Both the position numbers and the translations under genes were made by a program. Shown here piece by piece: positions 17,936-26,391 of a DNA stretch of 33,583 nt. Position 1 is the stretch's first letter. Each line of letters begins with the position of its first letter. The notes below the pieces were generated by a model. The model had not been told where the DNA came from. It saw only the letters and a list, made by a program, of their open reading frames with translations, and made no database searches. Source of the DNA: a virus (lineage: Duplodnaviria; Heunggongvirae; Uroviricota; Caudoviricetes); IMG/VR virus record IMGVR_UViG_2684622669_000021, positions 1 through 33,583 of that record. One strand, written 5' to 3'.

Positions 17936-17946
17936 TTTGCTGACCA

Positions 17947-19422
17947 TTATGCATAAGGGTCATAATCCGTTATGGCCCTTCCCTGCTGGCTTTGCTGTCC
18001 TGGTATATTTATGCGTTTCGAGACCGGGAAAGCAAACGTCAGCAGTAGCGCATCGCCTTTACCAGGAGAACGCCCAAGACGCTCTTTGATATCTTCCTTC
18101 GGTTCGATAACGATTTTACCGTCCACACGAACTTTGTACTCTGCCGCCGACAGGTCGTCTGCAGTTTCCTGGTCATCCAGCATGCCGCCCAGCCTCAGCC
18201 ATGTCTTACATGAGTTGAACATCTCCCCACGCTTGTTAAGCATCTGCGGGTCAGTGGACGCACCGCTGAACGGAACAAGTTGCCATGTACGTCCCCAGCC
18301 ATCACCGATTGACTTCAAACCGGTTCCGTAACCGAAGTCGATGAACACCGCGTCAGCCTGGTACTGGTCTTCAAAGTCAGCGATACGCTTCGCCATAATC
18401 AGATCGTCGGTGGTCTTGTTGCCGGTCCACAGCACCTTACTGTGCAGCCCCTGCCGCAGGTATATCACCGCGTCATCAACACCGGAGTATGCAGGGTCAA
18501 CGCCGATTATCACCGGAGCATGTGCCACCTGCGCAGCAGTTACCACCCGTTTCATTGCCTCGTCAGTAAGACCGGTAGGGATAAACTGCAATTCAGATGC
18601 ATCAGGGAATATACCGCGCACACGGATTTTAACGAAGTCGCTGTCTTCCCCGTAGTCATCAACCCATTTCTGCAACTGCTGTTTGTTGGTGCCTTCCACC
18701 GTCCGGCTGTCAATCTGCGCAGTTTTCCAGCGGTGTTTATATTTGCGGAAACATTCGCGGAAACGTCCGGTATTACGCGTCGGGTTTCCGAACGCCACCC
18801 AGATAATCTCAGTGTCTTCGTCCGTTAGCGCACCCTCGGCAACTTCCCACACCAGATCCGCAATGTTCGACGCTTCATCGAATACCACGATGATGCGTTT
18901 GCGCTCGTTGTGTAGTCCGGCGAATGCCTCAGTGTTGTGCTCAGACCAGGGGATTGCGTCAGCTCGCCACCGCTTGTCGTGCCCAGGATCATTGCTGTAC
19001 ATCGCGGTAGCGGTACAGGTAAACCAGTCTTTCGTGATAGCAAGGTTCGACCACTTGATAATTTCCGGCCAGGTCTTCGTTCGTAGCTGGTTGTCGGTGT
19101 TGGCGGTCACCACGACCTTACAATCCTCGCAAGTGGACATGCCCCAGTTGATGAGCATTGAGATGAATGCGGATTTACCAATACCGTGACCAGAAGCACG
19201 TGCCAGCATAAGCGGCTGATAACGCGTCTCTGGATTCTGCAGGTGATCACGTATCTCTCGGAACGCATCGGCCTGCCACTGACGTGGACCGGTAGCATGT
19301 GCCAGTTCAGTCCCCTCTTCCCCCCAAGGGAACGCATAGAGGGCATAGCCAAGCGGATCGTGAGTGAACCCTGCAATATCTTCGATTAACTGCTCTTCAG
19401 GAGATAACGCTGCATCTGTCAC
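17947..19422 (-). CDS. Terminase large subunit (491 aa)
   Basis: Walker A-like ARASGHGIGKS, Walker B-like IIVVFDEAS, and a C-terminal nuclease-type acidic segment (IGVDPAYSG...). ATGA overlap with terS. Confidence 0.85.
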   Translation of the reverse strand: MTDAALSPEEQLIEDIAGFTHDPLGYALYAFPWGEEGTELAHATGPRQWQADAFREIRDHLQNPETRYQPLMLARASGHGIGKSAFISMLINWGMSTCEDCKVVVTANTDNQLRTKTWPEIIKWSNLAITKDWFTCTATAMYSNDPGHDKRWRADAIPWSEHNTEAFAGLHNERKRIIVVFDEASNIADLVWEVAEGALTDEDTEIIWVAFGNPTRNTGRFRECFRKYKHRWKTAQIDSRTVEGTNKQQLQKWVDDYGEDSDFVKIRVRGIFPDASELQFIPTGLTDEAMKRVVTAAQVAHAPVIIGVDPAYSGVDDAVIYLRQGLHSKVLWTGNKTTDDLIMAKRIADFEDQYQADAVFIDFGYGTGLKSIGDGWGRTWQLVPFSGASTDPQMLNKRGEMFNSCKTWLRLGGMLDDQETADDLSAAEYKVRVDGKIVIEPKEDIKERLGRSPGKGDALLLTFAFPVSKRINIPGQQSQQGRAITDYDPYA

Positions 19423-20015
19423 TGATTACCATCCTGACGTTCTTTGAGTCGCTTCCTAGCTGCCGCTATGCGATCAGCAATTGTCACATTCACATTAACA
19501 TCCAAGCGTTCTTTGAATGCGTTGACGTCGACGTGCTTACCAATCAGTTCTAGGTTCTTCACCTTGTCAGGCCATTTAATTTTTTTGAGGATTGTCTCTA
19601 TCGAGTCCTCGTTCATGTTCATGATGGTCGATGACAGATCAAAGCCGCTAAGCGTAGTGCGCCATATTTTCGGCCACTCGCGGATTGGCTTAAGGCTCCC
19701 ATCGTCGTTGAGGATATCAATCACGTCCATCTGGTCGATCTCCACCAGGCGCATGAGAACGTAATCAGCACTGACGCGCATTCGTTTGTTGCGCTCCTCC
19801 ATCAACTCGGCAATCCGTTTTTGAATGCGTTCATCGCGCATCATGACACTGGCTTTAACTGCCGCTGTATTTGGGGAGAATCCTGCGTTAATCGCAGCCT
19901 GAGTCTGGTTTTCAGGCGTTTTGATGTATGACTGGCAATAAGCCTCCTGCATTGCTGTGAGCGGCTTAAATTGCGTTGATTTGCGTTTATAGGTTTTAGG
20001 TTCAGCAGGCATCAT
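19419..20015 (-). CDS. Terminase small subunit (198 aa)
   Basis: N-terminal signature ...LTAMQEAYCQSYIKTPENQTQAAINAGFSPNTAAVKASVMMRDERIQKRIAEL matches the terminase small-subunit family pattern. Start reassigned to an internal ATG; the track ORF carries a 26-aa extension. Confidence 0.8.
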   Translation of the reverse strand: MMPAEPKTYKRKSTQFKPLTAMQEAYCQSYIKTPENQTQAAINAGFSPNTAAVKASVMMRDERIQKRIAELMEERNKRMRVSADYVLMRLVEIDQMDVIDILNDDGSLKPIREWPKIWRTTLSGFDLSSTIMNMNEDSIETILKKIKWPDKVKNLELIGKHVDVNAFKERLDVNVNVTIADRIAAARKRLKERQDGNQ

Positions 20016-20133
20016 AACCACCCTGGTAATTGTTACCGTTGTGGTAATAGTAACATGCAAAATAAAGCCGCCATAGTTGGCGACAGTATTCAAAACCCAT
20101 CAAATTCATCATGCATAATCTACTCGTGACATG

Positions 20134-20475
20134 TCACACTATTAATTTCGTTTCATGCCAGCCTTTAGTCACCCAGCATTGCGAGTCACCATTACACGGG
20201 CATGAATTAACTGGAACTCTCTCGCCGCACTTACCGCAACATTTTCTGCTGATCGATTTTATACGCCCGCGCACGCGTGCATCATCCTGGCGAATCAGTA
20301 AAGCTATATACTCACCAAATTCGTAAGGCGCACGCCCGGGGCGACGCGTGGCACAGTTACGCTCCAGCATTTCAATTTCCTGAGCATCAAGCACAATTTC
20401 CAGCTTACGCACACCAGATGCAGCTTGTCTGGCTCTCTGAGCGGCTTTGCGCTCTGCTGCTGATTTAGCCATCAA
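20134..20475 (-). CDS. Hypothetical protein (113 aa) with a C-terminal Cys-rich, Zn-ribbon-like motif
   Basis: C-terminal RKCCGKCGERVPVNSCPCNGDSQC and a basic helical N-terminus. Last gene before terS. Confidence 0.5.
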   Translation of the reverse strand: MMAKSAAERKAAQRARQAASGVRKLEIVLDAQEIEMLERNCATRRPGRAPYEFGEYIALLIRQDDARVRGRIKSISRKCCGKCGERVPVNSCPCNGDSQCWVTKGWHETKLIV

Positions 20476-20746
20476 TATTCACCTTTATCGCGTACACCTT
20501 TACCGGTTTATCGCCGAAGTGCGGATGTGTGATTGTCTTGATTTCATATCCGTCATACGGAACATCAATTCTGCGGCTGGAATCGTCGCGCTTCGGATAT
20601 CCCTTTGTGATAATCAGTCGGTCATATTCGCGGAACATAATTCGCTTATTCCAGTAGTCATTACACAGGCGATACTCTTCCGTTTTCTCTCCGCGAATCA
20701 TGGCATCGAAGTATTCACCTTTAACGGCAAGTTGCAGGTTAGCCAC
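20465..20746 (-). CDS. Small ASCH/PUA-like (DUF3850-type) domain protein (93 aa)
   Basis: MANLQLAVKGEYFDAMIRGEKTEEYR... resembles the small phage ASCH-like family. Recalled, not searched. Confidence 0.45.
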   Translation of the reverse strand: MANLQLAVKGEYFDAMIRGEKTEEYRLCNDYWNKRIMFREYDRLIITKGYPKRDDSSRRIDVPYDGYEIKTITHPHFGDKPVKVYAIKVNIDG

Positions 20747-21650
20747 GGTTAACCTCCTGTGGCGGTTCTGGTAGCGGCATCCAGTGGGTTACCTCTTTGA
20801 GATACAGGTCTTCGCCATCACCGTCATCCCAAGTGGGCTTGCCATCATTAAACCAGTCGCCATATACGCCGACCTGAGTGTTGGGGATGTTTGGTGGGTA
20901 GTTGTTTTTAAAGTCAGCTGCTAACACATAGCATTGTCGCTCTCCCATTTCAGGCATTCGCTCACTACAGCTTATCCAACTATCCGGAGTTACCGGAGAG
21001 TTGCCAGCCACTCTACGCAAAACAGCCTTAACCGCCTCAATACGGTCATCATCGTAACTTTCCGCCGTATCTATGCGGTCGAGCATGATGATGGCGTTAT
21101 CAATATCAGGATTGCCAGTCCACTCATTACTGCGATTGGATTCGGCAGCCTGGTTACCAGATGCGGGTTGATTGTCGGCCTTACCCAGTCTGTCGTCGCT
21201 GCATGAATGCCCTTCCAGCCAGGCCAATGCTTGTCGCATGAAATACGCAATATGTTTGCCGTGGTAATCGTCTTCATCGATGTGAAAAGCGATACTGCGG
21301 ATGTATTCAATTGCGTTTTCGATGGCCTCTAACGCTATCGGCGCTGGCGGAGTGGTATATAATTTTCGACATTTGTATATCCAACCGGCATGGTCAGGCG
21401 TGTCTGTAAAGCGCAAATCGTCTTCGTAGCACTCACGACTACGTTCTTTCCATTCCGTCCACGGAACACCGCTATTCCAGGTGGGGCGAGTGCAGGACTG
21501 ATACAGAACAGGCTCTGCTTCCAGCGATGCCAGCACAATTCGTGCCAGTTCTTCCGCTTCTTCTGCTGGCAGTACAACGTTGCTACCAGGTCCGTATGTT
21601 TCGCGCCACTGCTTGATTGTCAGCAGTCGCTCTTTGGTAATAGTGGTCAT
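20739..21650 (-). CDS. DUF551-domain phage protein (303 aa)
   Basis: C-terminal ...WISCSERMPEMGERQCYVLAAD...GDWFNDGKPTWDDGDGEDLYLKEVTHWMPLPEPP is the DUF551-type signature common in lambdoid prophages. ATGA overlap with the upstream gene. Confidence 0.6.
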   Translation of the reverse strand: MTTITKERLLTIKQWRETYGPGSNVVLPAEEAEELARIVLASLEAEPVLYQSCTRPTWNSGVPWTEWKERSRECYEDDLRFTDTPDHAGWIYKCRKLYTTPPAPIALEAIENAIEYIRSIAFHIDEDDYHGKHIAYFMRQALAWLEGHSCSDDRLGKADNQPASGNQAAESNRSNEWTGNPDIDNAIIMLDRIDTAESYDDDRIEAVKAVLRRVAGNSPVTPDSWISCSERMPEMGERQCYVLAADFKNNYPPNIPNTQVGVYGDWFNDGKPTWDDGDGEDLYLKEVTHWMPLPEPPQEVNRG

Positions 21651-21856
21651 GTGTTAATCCTCAAAACTTTATGCCCGGGCGCAAAAGCACGCGTTTTGTC
21701 TTTGCTTATTCGCCAGCCATCCTTGCGCGCCTCTTTTGCACAGCCAGCCCATGACGTACCGATATATTCACCGAAGTCTGGCGTTTGATATTTACCATTT
21801 GTACACTGGCGACAATCACAGTAGAGATGCATGGTGTAACTTGCGGCAATAGCCAT
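21647..21856 (-). CDS. Small Cys-containing protein (69 aa), unknown function
   Basis: ATG at 21854-21856 preceded by AAGGAGAG. Sequence MAIAASYTMHLYCDCRQCTNGKYQTPDFGEYIGTSWAGCAKEARKDG... The track ORF 21647..22018 extends into the upstream gene. Confidence 0.5.
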   Translation of the reverse strand: MAIAASYTMHLYCDCRQCTNGKYQTPDFGEYIGTSWAGCAKEARKDGWRISKDKTRAFAPGHKVLRINT

Positions 21857-21857
21857 A

Positions 21858-22628
21858 TCACTCTCCTTTGATGCGAATACCAGCAGCGCGCTCGGCTTCA
21901 CTTTGTTCCCAAAACCACTTGTGAAGCGCCATAAGCTTTTCGTCAATCGGTGCATATTTGCGATTAAAGTAGGCCTGAGCATCTTTCTCAGATTCGTCCG
22001 GTAATTCGCCAGGGCCAAACAGTGTGTTATAAATCCATGCTAGTCCGCTCTTAGCGTCGCCAGTTGCCTGCCATTCGATAATGGCAGCCTGCATGACCAG
22101 AATGTTTTTCCCGATTAATAGGTCCAGTTCTTTGTACCGGTTGCGGATGTATGCATTCTCGCTTTGTAATTTTGCGTTGCGCTTTTCTGAGGCTTCAAGT
22201 AACGCCTGCTTATCGCGTAGCGCTTCTTCCAGTTCAGCAACATGGCATTCACTATCAATAAGGTTGTTCTCTGCTGCTTCAAGCTCAACACGCAGCTTCC
22301 CAACCGTAAGCGCAATCTCCTCGTTCTCCTGATCGCGGCGTTTTATGTATTGCTGGTTTCTTTCCCGTTCATCCAGTAGTGCCAGCACGGTAGCCGGGTT
22401 AGCCTCTGCTATGAATTCAGCGTTTGCATAAGCCTGAGCATCTGTTTCAACCAGGCAGTTAACATGACATTCTGCAATCACGCCACCGGGTTCTCCTTTC
22501 CATTTTTGACAAACAAAAACTCCTGTTATATTCCCATGCTGATTGACCGATGTATGCCCTACGATGTAGCTCCCTTTCGTTGCCTTTTCTGCCGCTTCAC
22601 GCAGTGCCTGATAGTTAATTTTGCTCAC
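21858..22628 (-). CDS. ead/Ea22-like family protein, paralogue 1 (256 aa)
   Basis: GTG start after AAGGAGGCAACCA. N-terminus [18 protein letters not shown]...; central coiled coil. GTGA overlap with the upstream paralogue. Confidence 0.7.
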   Translation of the reverse strand: MSKINYQALREAAEKATKGSYIVGHTSVNQHGNITGVFVCQKWKGEPGGVIAECHVNCLVETDAQAYANAEFIAEANPATVLALLDERERNQQYIKRRDQENEEIALTVGKLRVELEAAENNLIDSECHVAELEEALRDKQALLEASEKRNAKLQSENAYIRNRYKELDLLIGKNILVMQAAIIEWQATGDAKSGLAWIYNTLFGPGELPDESEKDAQAYFNRKYAPIDEKLMALHKWFWEQSEAERAAGIRIKGE

Positions 22629-22653
22629 TGGTTGCCTCCTTTGCGAAGCTGTT
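22621..22653. repeat. Junction repeat (copy 1) shared by the Ea22-like paralogues: RBS + GTG start + stop of the upstream gene
   Basis: TTGCTCACTGGTTGCCTCCTTTGCGAAGCTGTT is identical at 22621-22653 and 23205-23237. Confidence 0.8.
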
Positions 22654-23212
22654 CAGCAATACTTACGCATATCTCTGCGCCTCTAATCAGCCCCGGAACG
22701 TTCTTGTTTGGCCCAACTTCACCATCAACAAAATCAATCATCGCGTTACGAGCCATATCCACCCCCTGCGCACGTACTTCAGCCAGGAGAGCGTCGGTAG
22801 CTGGGGTTTCCGTGAAGTTGTCCTCCCAACCGTAGTACTCCTGACGACAGAAGTTATTAAATTCCTTCTCCGACTGTTTAAGCGCCGCATTCTCCACTGC
22901 CAGCGCCGCGCACTTGGCCTCAAGAGCTGCAACCACTTCCTGATGGTCTTTGTACTTAACGTATGAGCCGGAGATGTCATCACCTTCGGTGTTTAGCCAT
23001 GCGTCATTGCAATTCACTGCGTAGGTTCTGATGCTGATGCTCTCCCGCCCCTGACAGACGCCAGGCCAGTCAATAAAGTATCCGCAATGCCTACCCTCAG
23101 ACGTGCGCGCAGGATAAATGCCGTTATGACCCGGCAAAATATATGCTACCCATTCATCTTGCGTTGCCTGTTCCGCCGCCTCGCGCAGTTCTTGATAGTC
23201 AATCTTGCTCAC
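22625..23212 (-). CDS. ead/Ea22-like family protein, paralogue 2 (195 aa)
   Basis: GTG start at 23210-23212 after AAGGAGG. N-terminus SKIDYQELREAAEQ...; C-terminus ...ETPATDALLAEVRAQ...AEQLRKGGNQ shared with paralogues 3 and 4. Confidence 0.7.
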   Translation of the reverse strand: MSKIDYQELREAAEQATQDEWVAYILPGHNGIYPARTSEGRHCGYFIDWPGVCQGRESISIRTYAVNCNDAWLNTEGDDISGSYVKYKDHQEVVAALEAKCAALAVENAALKQSEKEFNNFCRQEYYGWEDNFTETPATDALLAEVRAQGVDMARNAMIDFVDGEVGPNKNVPGLIRGAEICVSIAEQLRKGGNQ

Positions 23213-23237
23213 TGGTTGCCTCCTTTGCGAAGCTGTT
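23205..23237. repeat. Junction repeat (copy 2)
   Basis: Identical 33-mer to 22621-22653. Confidence 0.8.
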
Positions 23238-23892
23238 CCGCACAATGCAGCAGGGCGTCCGTCGCTTCTTTCACCGTAACGATGTCGCCATCGTCCAGCC
23301 CGACAACCGTCGCGTCCTTAACGAACACCGAGCAAAGGTCATTAAACGCCTGCGCCCGCACTTCAGCCAGGAAAGCGTCGGTGGCTGGCGTTTCCCGTGA
23401 ACGGTAAGACCAAACAATGTCGTCTGTTTCACTGGGTTCTTCATGAGAGCAATTTGGGCAGACAGCAGTACAACCAGCATGATCTTCTATGAGCATCTTC
23501 AGCCACGAGTTCTCCTCCGCCAGCGTCACGCGACTGGCCTCCAGTTCTGCTACGCGCTGTTTTGCAGCATCCAGTTCAATCGACAATTTTTCCAACTGCT
23601 CTTTATGCTTTTTATATTCCTGATATGCGTGCCAAGACTGACCTTTGCGCACACTATCAGTGATATCAGTAATCTGTTCTGGTGTTAGCGTGGTCAGTGG
23701 CTGTGATGGGAAAATAAGCACTTTCCCGGAATCCCAATCAAAACCAGCGTGAATTGACTGAACCTCAACTGAAGGTGTTGAACCAATGCTGCCAGGCGAA
23801 TGAACAACGATTGTTACATCCATATCGCGACGATGGCTGTGGTTGTTGGACAAAATACGATTCACCAACTCAGAAAATTTGGAAAATTTCAT
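23209..23892 (-). CDS. ead/Ea22-like C-terminal module fused to a distinct N-terminal domain (227 aa)
   Basis: ATG start. N-terminus MKFSKFSELVNRILSNNHSHRRDMDVTIVVHSPGSIG... is unrelated to the SKINYQ N-termini. C-terminus ...[15 protein letters not shown]...AEQLRKGGNQ is shared with the other paralogues. Confidence 0.65.
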   Translation of the reverse strand: MKFSKFSELVNRILSNNHSHRRDMDVTIVVHSPGSIGSTPSVEVQSIHAGFDWDSGKVLIFPSQPLTTLTPEQITDITDSVRKGQSWHAYQEYKKHKEQLEKLSIELDAAKQRVAELEASRVTLAEENSWLKMLIEDHAGCTAVCPNCSHEEPSETDDIVWSYRSRETPATDAFLAEVRAQAFNDLCSVFVKDATVVGLDDGDIVTVKEATDALLHCAEQLRKGGNQ

Positions 23893-24179
23893 GCTGATTC
23901 CCCTTTCTCTGCTCTCTCCTGTCGGAACATCACTATCATCAGGTCGCCTTTTGTCGCTATCCTCGCTGTTGTGCCTGGTTCAATGCTGCCAAGTTCAAAT
24001 GCGTCATAGAACGCTTCTAATGCCTTCTGGCGTAGTTCCTGTTTGCGCCGTTTTTTCCACTGTTTCAGGAAAATGGAACCCAGCCATCGCCATGTACGGG
24101 ACATGATGTAAAGCCAACCGAGAAGTGCCAGACCGGTATTTAGGGCCGTATCGAGCGTTATCGTGGTGTCGATATTCAC
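23889..24179 (-). CDS. Small predicted single-pass membrane protein (96 aa) inside the Ea22-like array
   Basis: GTG start after AAGGAAGCAGCCA, overlapping the upstream stop. Hydrophobic segment ALNTGLALLGWLYIMSRTWRWLGSIF followed by a basic stretch KQWKKRRKQELRQK. Confidence 0.55.
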   Translation of the reverse strand: MNIDTTITLDTALNTGLALLGWLYIMSRTWRWLGSIFLKQWKKRRKQELRQKALEAFYDAFELGSIEPGTTARIATKGDLMIVMFRQERAEKGESA

Positions 24180-24877
24180 TGGCTGCTTCCTTTGCGAATC
24201 TGTTCCGCCCATTCTTCAAGGGATTTCTCCGCATATTCACCAGACAGGCCATCAATCGGATGCGCTTCATTAGCCAACTCTTCTTTCGCTGACAAAATCA
24301 TGCGTGTAACGTCGAAAACTTCACGCAAAGACTTATTGATAAATCCGTGATTGAACGCAGCAGCAAGACGGCTGGCGGTATAGTTAATCCCCTCGTTGCG
24401 TGCTTCCGCACGAATTTCAGCCAGAAAAGCATCGGTAGCTGGAGTTTCGCTGTGGTGTAGGGCATCGTTGATAATCATTGCAGCAACACCAGCCTGCCCT
24501 GCATCCGTGACCGACACATGATCAAGAGTTACAGCCATTGCGTGTTTCAGCCCGGCGTTCTCTGCCACCAGAGCCGCGAGCTTAGTCTCAAGCGGTGCTA
24601 TTCGGCACATAGCATCAATATTTGTGTCCTCCAGGCGCTTAATTTCACCAAGTAGCTCCAGTGCAACCTTTGGGTTGAATGCGGCAATATAACGAGCGTT
24701 GTTCTCTGCGTTTTTCAGTCCATCAAAGCCGGTCCATTTGATAACATCTTCACATCGTTTATCACCGGGCGTATGCACAGCATACGTACCTGTACCCGTC
24801 GAAATAAACGCGACCCATTCGCCCTGTGTTGCCTGTTTTGCTATCTCACGTAGTGCCTGATAGTTAATTTTGCTCAC
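24176..24877 (-). CDS. ead/Ea22-like family protein, paralogue 4 (233 aa)
   Basis: GTG start at 24875-24877 after AGGAGGCAACCA. N-terminus [23 protein letters not shown]...; conserved ...[15 protein letters not shown]... segment. Confidence 0.7.
   Translation of the reverse strand: MSKINYQALREIAKQATQGEWVAFISTGTGTYAVHTPGDKRCEDVIKWTGFDGLKNAENNARYIAAFNPKVALELLGEIKRLEDTNIDAMCRIAPLETKLAALVAENAGLKHAMAVTLDHVSVTDAGQAGVAAMIINDALHHSETPATDAFLAEIRAEARNEGINYTASRLAAAFNHGFINKSLREVFDVTRMILSAKEELANEAHPIDGLSGEYAEKSLEEWAEQIRKGSSQ
24177..24204. repeat. Junction repeat (copy 3, diverged)
   Basis: CACTGGCTGCTTCCTTTGCGAATCTGTT, a diverged copy of the same junction. Confidence 0.6.
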
Positions 24878-25616
24878 TGGTTGCCTCCTGGCAAAGCTGG
24901 GCGACAATATCGCGATATTTATTCAGCTCCCGCAGCGCGACACAGACTCGCTCCCATTTCCGGATATCACTTTTCGCCCGACGCAGTTCGCGGTTTGCCT
25001 GTCGCAGCGATGGCAGAACCAGATTATCCACTCGATTCTCAAGCGGCTGCACAATGTCTGCCACAGTTTCTGTTTTAATATCTTCCTGTGTTGCAGCTTC
25101 CTGTCCCGGTAACGCAACACCTGCTGGTTGAGGAAAGGCCTTACCATCACTTTCCGTTACCAGCGCGGCTTTCGGCTCTGCTGGTAAATTATCGCCCGGC
25201 ATGCAGTAACGAAATTTACCGTTCTGATTAACGCGTGCCAGCCGCCCCGTTGCGGTTACCACCGCCAGCGTGGAAGCAACCTTGCGAGTACTGACACCGA
25301 ACTTACCCGCCAGTTCCTCACACGTTTTAGCCCCATCCTGACCGATAAACTCAATCATCATGTCTGCGGTAACTTTTTGTTCGACCTCCCCGGTCAGCAT
25401 ATCCTGTGCTTCAGATTTTACTGGCCGCTCTTCGGTTACCCGGGATTCACCTTCGCCAGCCAGAGACCAGGTGTGACCAGTTTTATCAACAACGCCATTT
25501 CTTTTGAGTTCCCACAGCTCGTTGACAGCCTCTTCACGACTGATATCAAGTCGCGCAGCCAGTTCTACCGACGTGGCTTTTCCCATTGCTTTCAGTGCGT
25601 CAAATACAGTTTCCAT
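24864..25616 (-). CDS. Winged-helix DNA-binding protein (250 aa) with two HTH-like modules
   Basis: ATG at 25614-25616 after GGGAGGAAA. Two HTH-like segments: [28 protein letters not shown] and [31 protein letters not shown]. Recalled as a common prophage family of unknown function. Confidence 0.55.
   Translation of the reverse strand: METVFDALKAMGKATSVELAARLDISREEAVNELWELKRNGVVDKTGHTWSLAGEGESRVTEERPVKSEAQDMLTGEVEQKVTADMMIEFIGQDGAKTCEELAGKFGVSTRKVASTLAVVTATGRLARVNQNGKFRYCMPGDNLPAEPKAALVTESDGKAFPQPAGVALPGQEAATQEDIKTETVADIVQPLENRVDNLVLPSLRQANRELRRAKSDIRKWERVCVALRELNKYRDIVAQLCQEATSEQN
24871..24900. repeat. Junction repeat (copy 4, diverged)
   Basis: TGCTCACTGGTTGCCTCCTGGCAAAGCTGG, a diverged copy of the same junction. 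Confidence 0.6.
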
Positions 25617-25638
25617 TAAAATTTCCTCCCGGTAAAAA

Positions 25639-26385
25639 TCACTTCGCAATTCCTGGCTGGACGACATTCGGACGCCAGCTCTCCCAGTTAAAATTCACCC
25701 ATCGCCCGCCGTTCATGGTCATGCGATCCATAATCCGCTCGCCGAGCAATGTTTTCATGGCCTCATAGTTCAGGTTTGTCAGCATCCCCACGCTGCGCAT
25801 CGACGCTGTCCGGCGATCAACAATCTGGTGCAGCACCACCTGCTCGTTTTTTGTCTCGCGCTGAATGCCAATTTCATCAAGAACCAGCAGATCCACTTGG
25901 CACAGTTCCCGCAAAAATTTTTCGCCTGATTGCCCGTCGTCATAGCTGGCGTGTAGAGCACTCATGACATCAGCCACGGTAACCACAATCACTGTCTGGC
26001 CATCTTTCAGCAGGCGATTCCCGATAGCCGCCGCCAGATGGTTTTTTCCGGTACCAGGTTTTCCGCTGAACGCAAAATTTGTACACCCGGTCATCAGTTC
26101 ATCAGCGATAGATTTCGCCTGGTTCAACGCGTATCGCTGACCGTCGTTCTGCACCTGGTAATTCGCAAACGAGCATTTGCGGTGCAATGGCTGGATGCCA
26201 GAGCGATTCAGAATTTTTTCCACCCGCAACTGACGATTCTGACGGTTGATCTCCTCACAACGTTTCTGGCCTTCGGAAAGTTGCCACTCGCGCCACTCCG
26301 CTACCGTTTTGAATGGGGCGGTTACATGTGGCGGGGCCAGTCTGCGGATACGTTCAAGAATGCCTCCTGCCGCAATATTTTTCAT
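25639..26385 (-). CDS. DnaC-like replicative helicase loader (AAA+ ATPase), 248 aa
   Basis: Walker [16 protein letters not shown] and Walker [10 protein letters not shown]. Lies right after the replisome-organiser gene. Confidence 0.85.
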   Translation of the reverse strand: MKNIAAGGILERIRRLAPPHVTAPFKTVAEWREWQLSEGQKRCEEINRQNRQLRVEKILNRSGIQPLHRKCSFANYQVQNDGQRYALNQAKSIADELMTGCTNFAFSGKPGTGKNHLAAAIGNRLLKDGQTVIVVTVADVMSALHASYDDGQSGEKFLRELCQVDLLVLDEIGIQRETKNEQVVLHQIVDRRTASMRSVGMLTNLNYEAMKTLLGERIMDRMTMNGGRWVNFNWESWRPNVVQPGIAK

Positions 26386-26391
26386 GGTCAG

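Noticed and set aside
20134-20475. HNH endonuclease next to terminase
   Set aside because: The Cys cluster is present but no H-N-H catalytic triad pattern is evident. Left as a hypothetical Zn-ribbon-like protein.
23889-24179. Holin interpretation of the 96-aa membrane protein
   Set aside because: No endolysin or spanin gene is adjacent, and it is embedded in the early-expressed Ea22-like array rather than a late lysis cassette.
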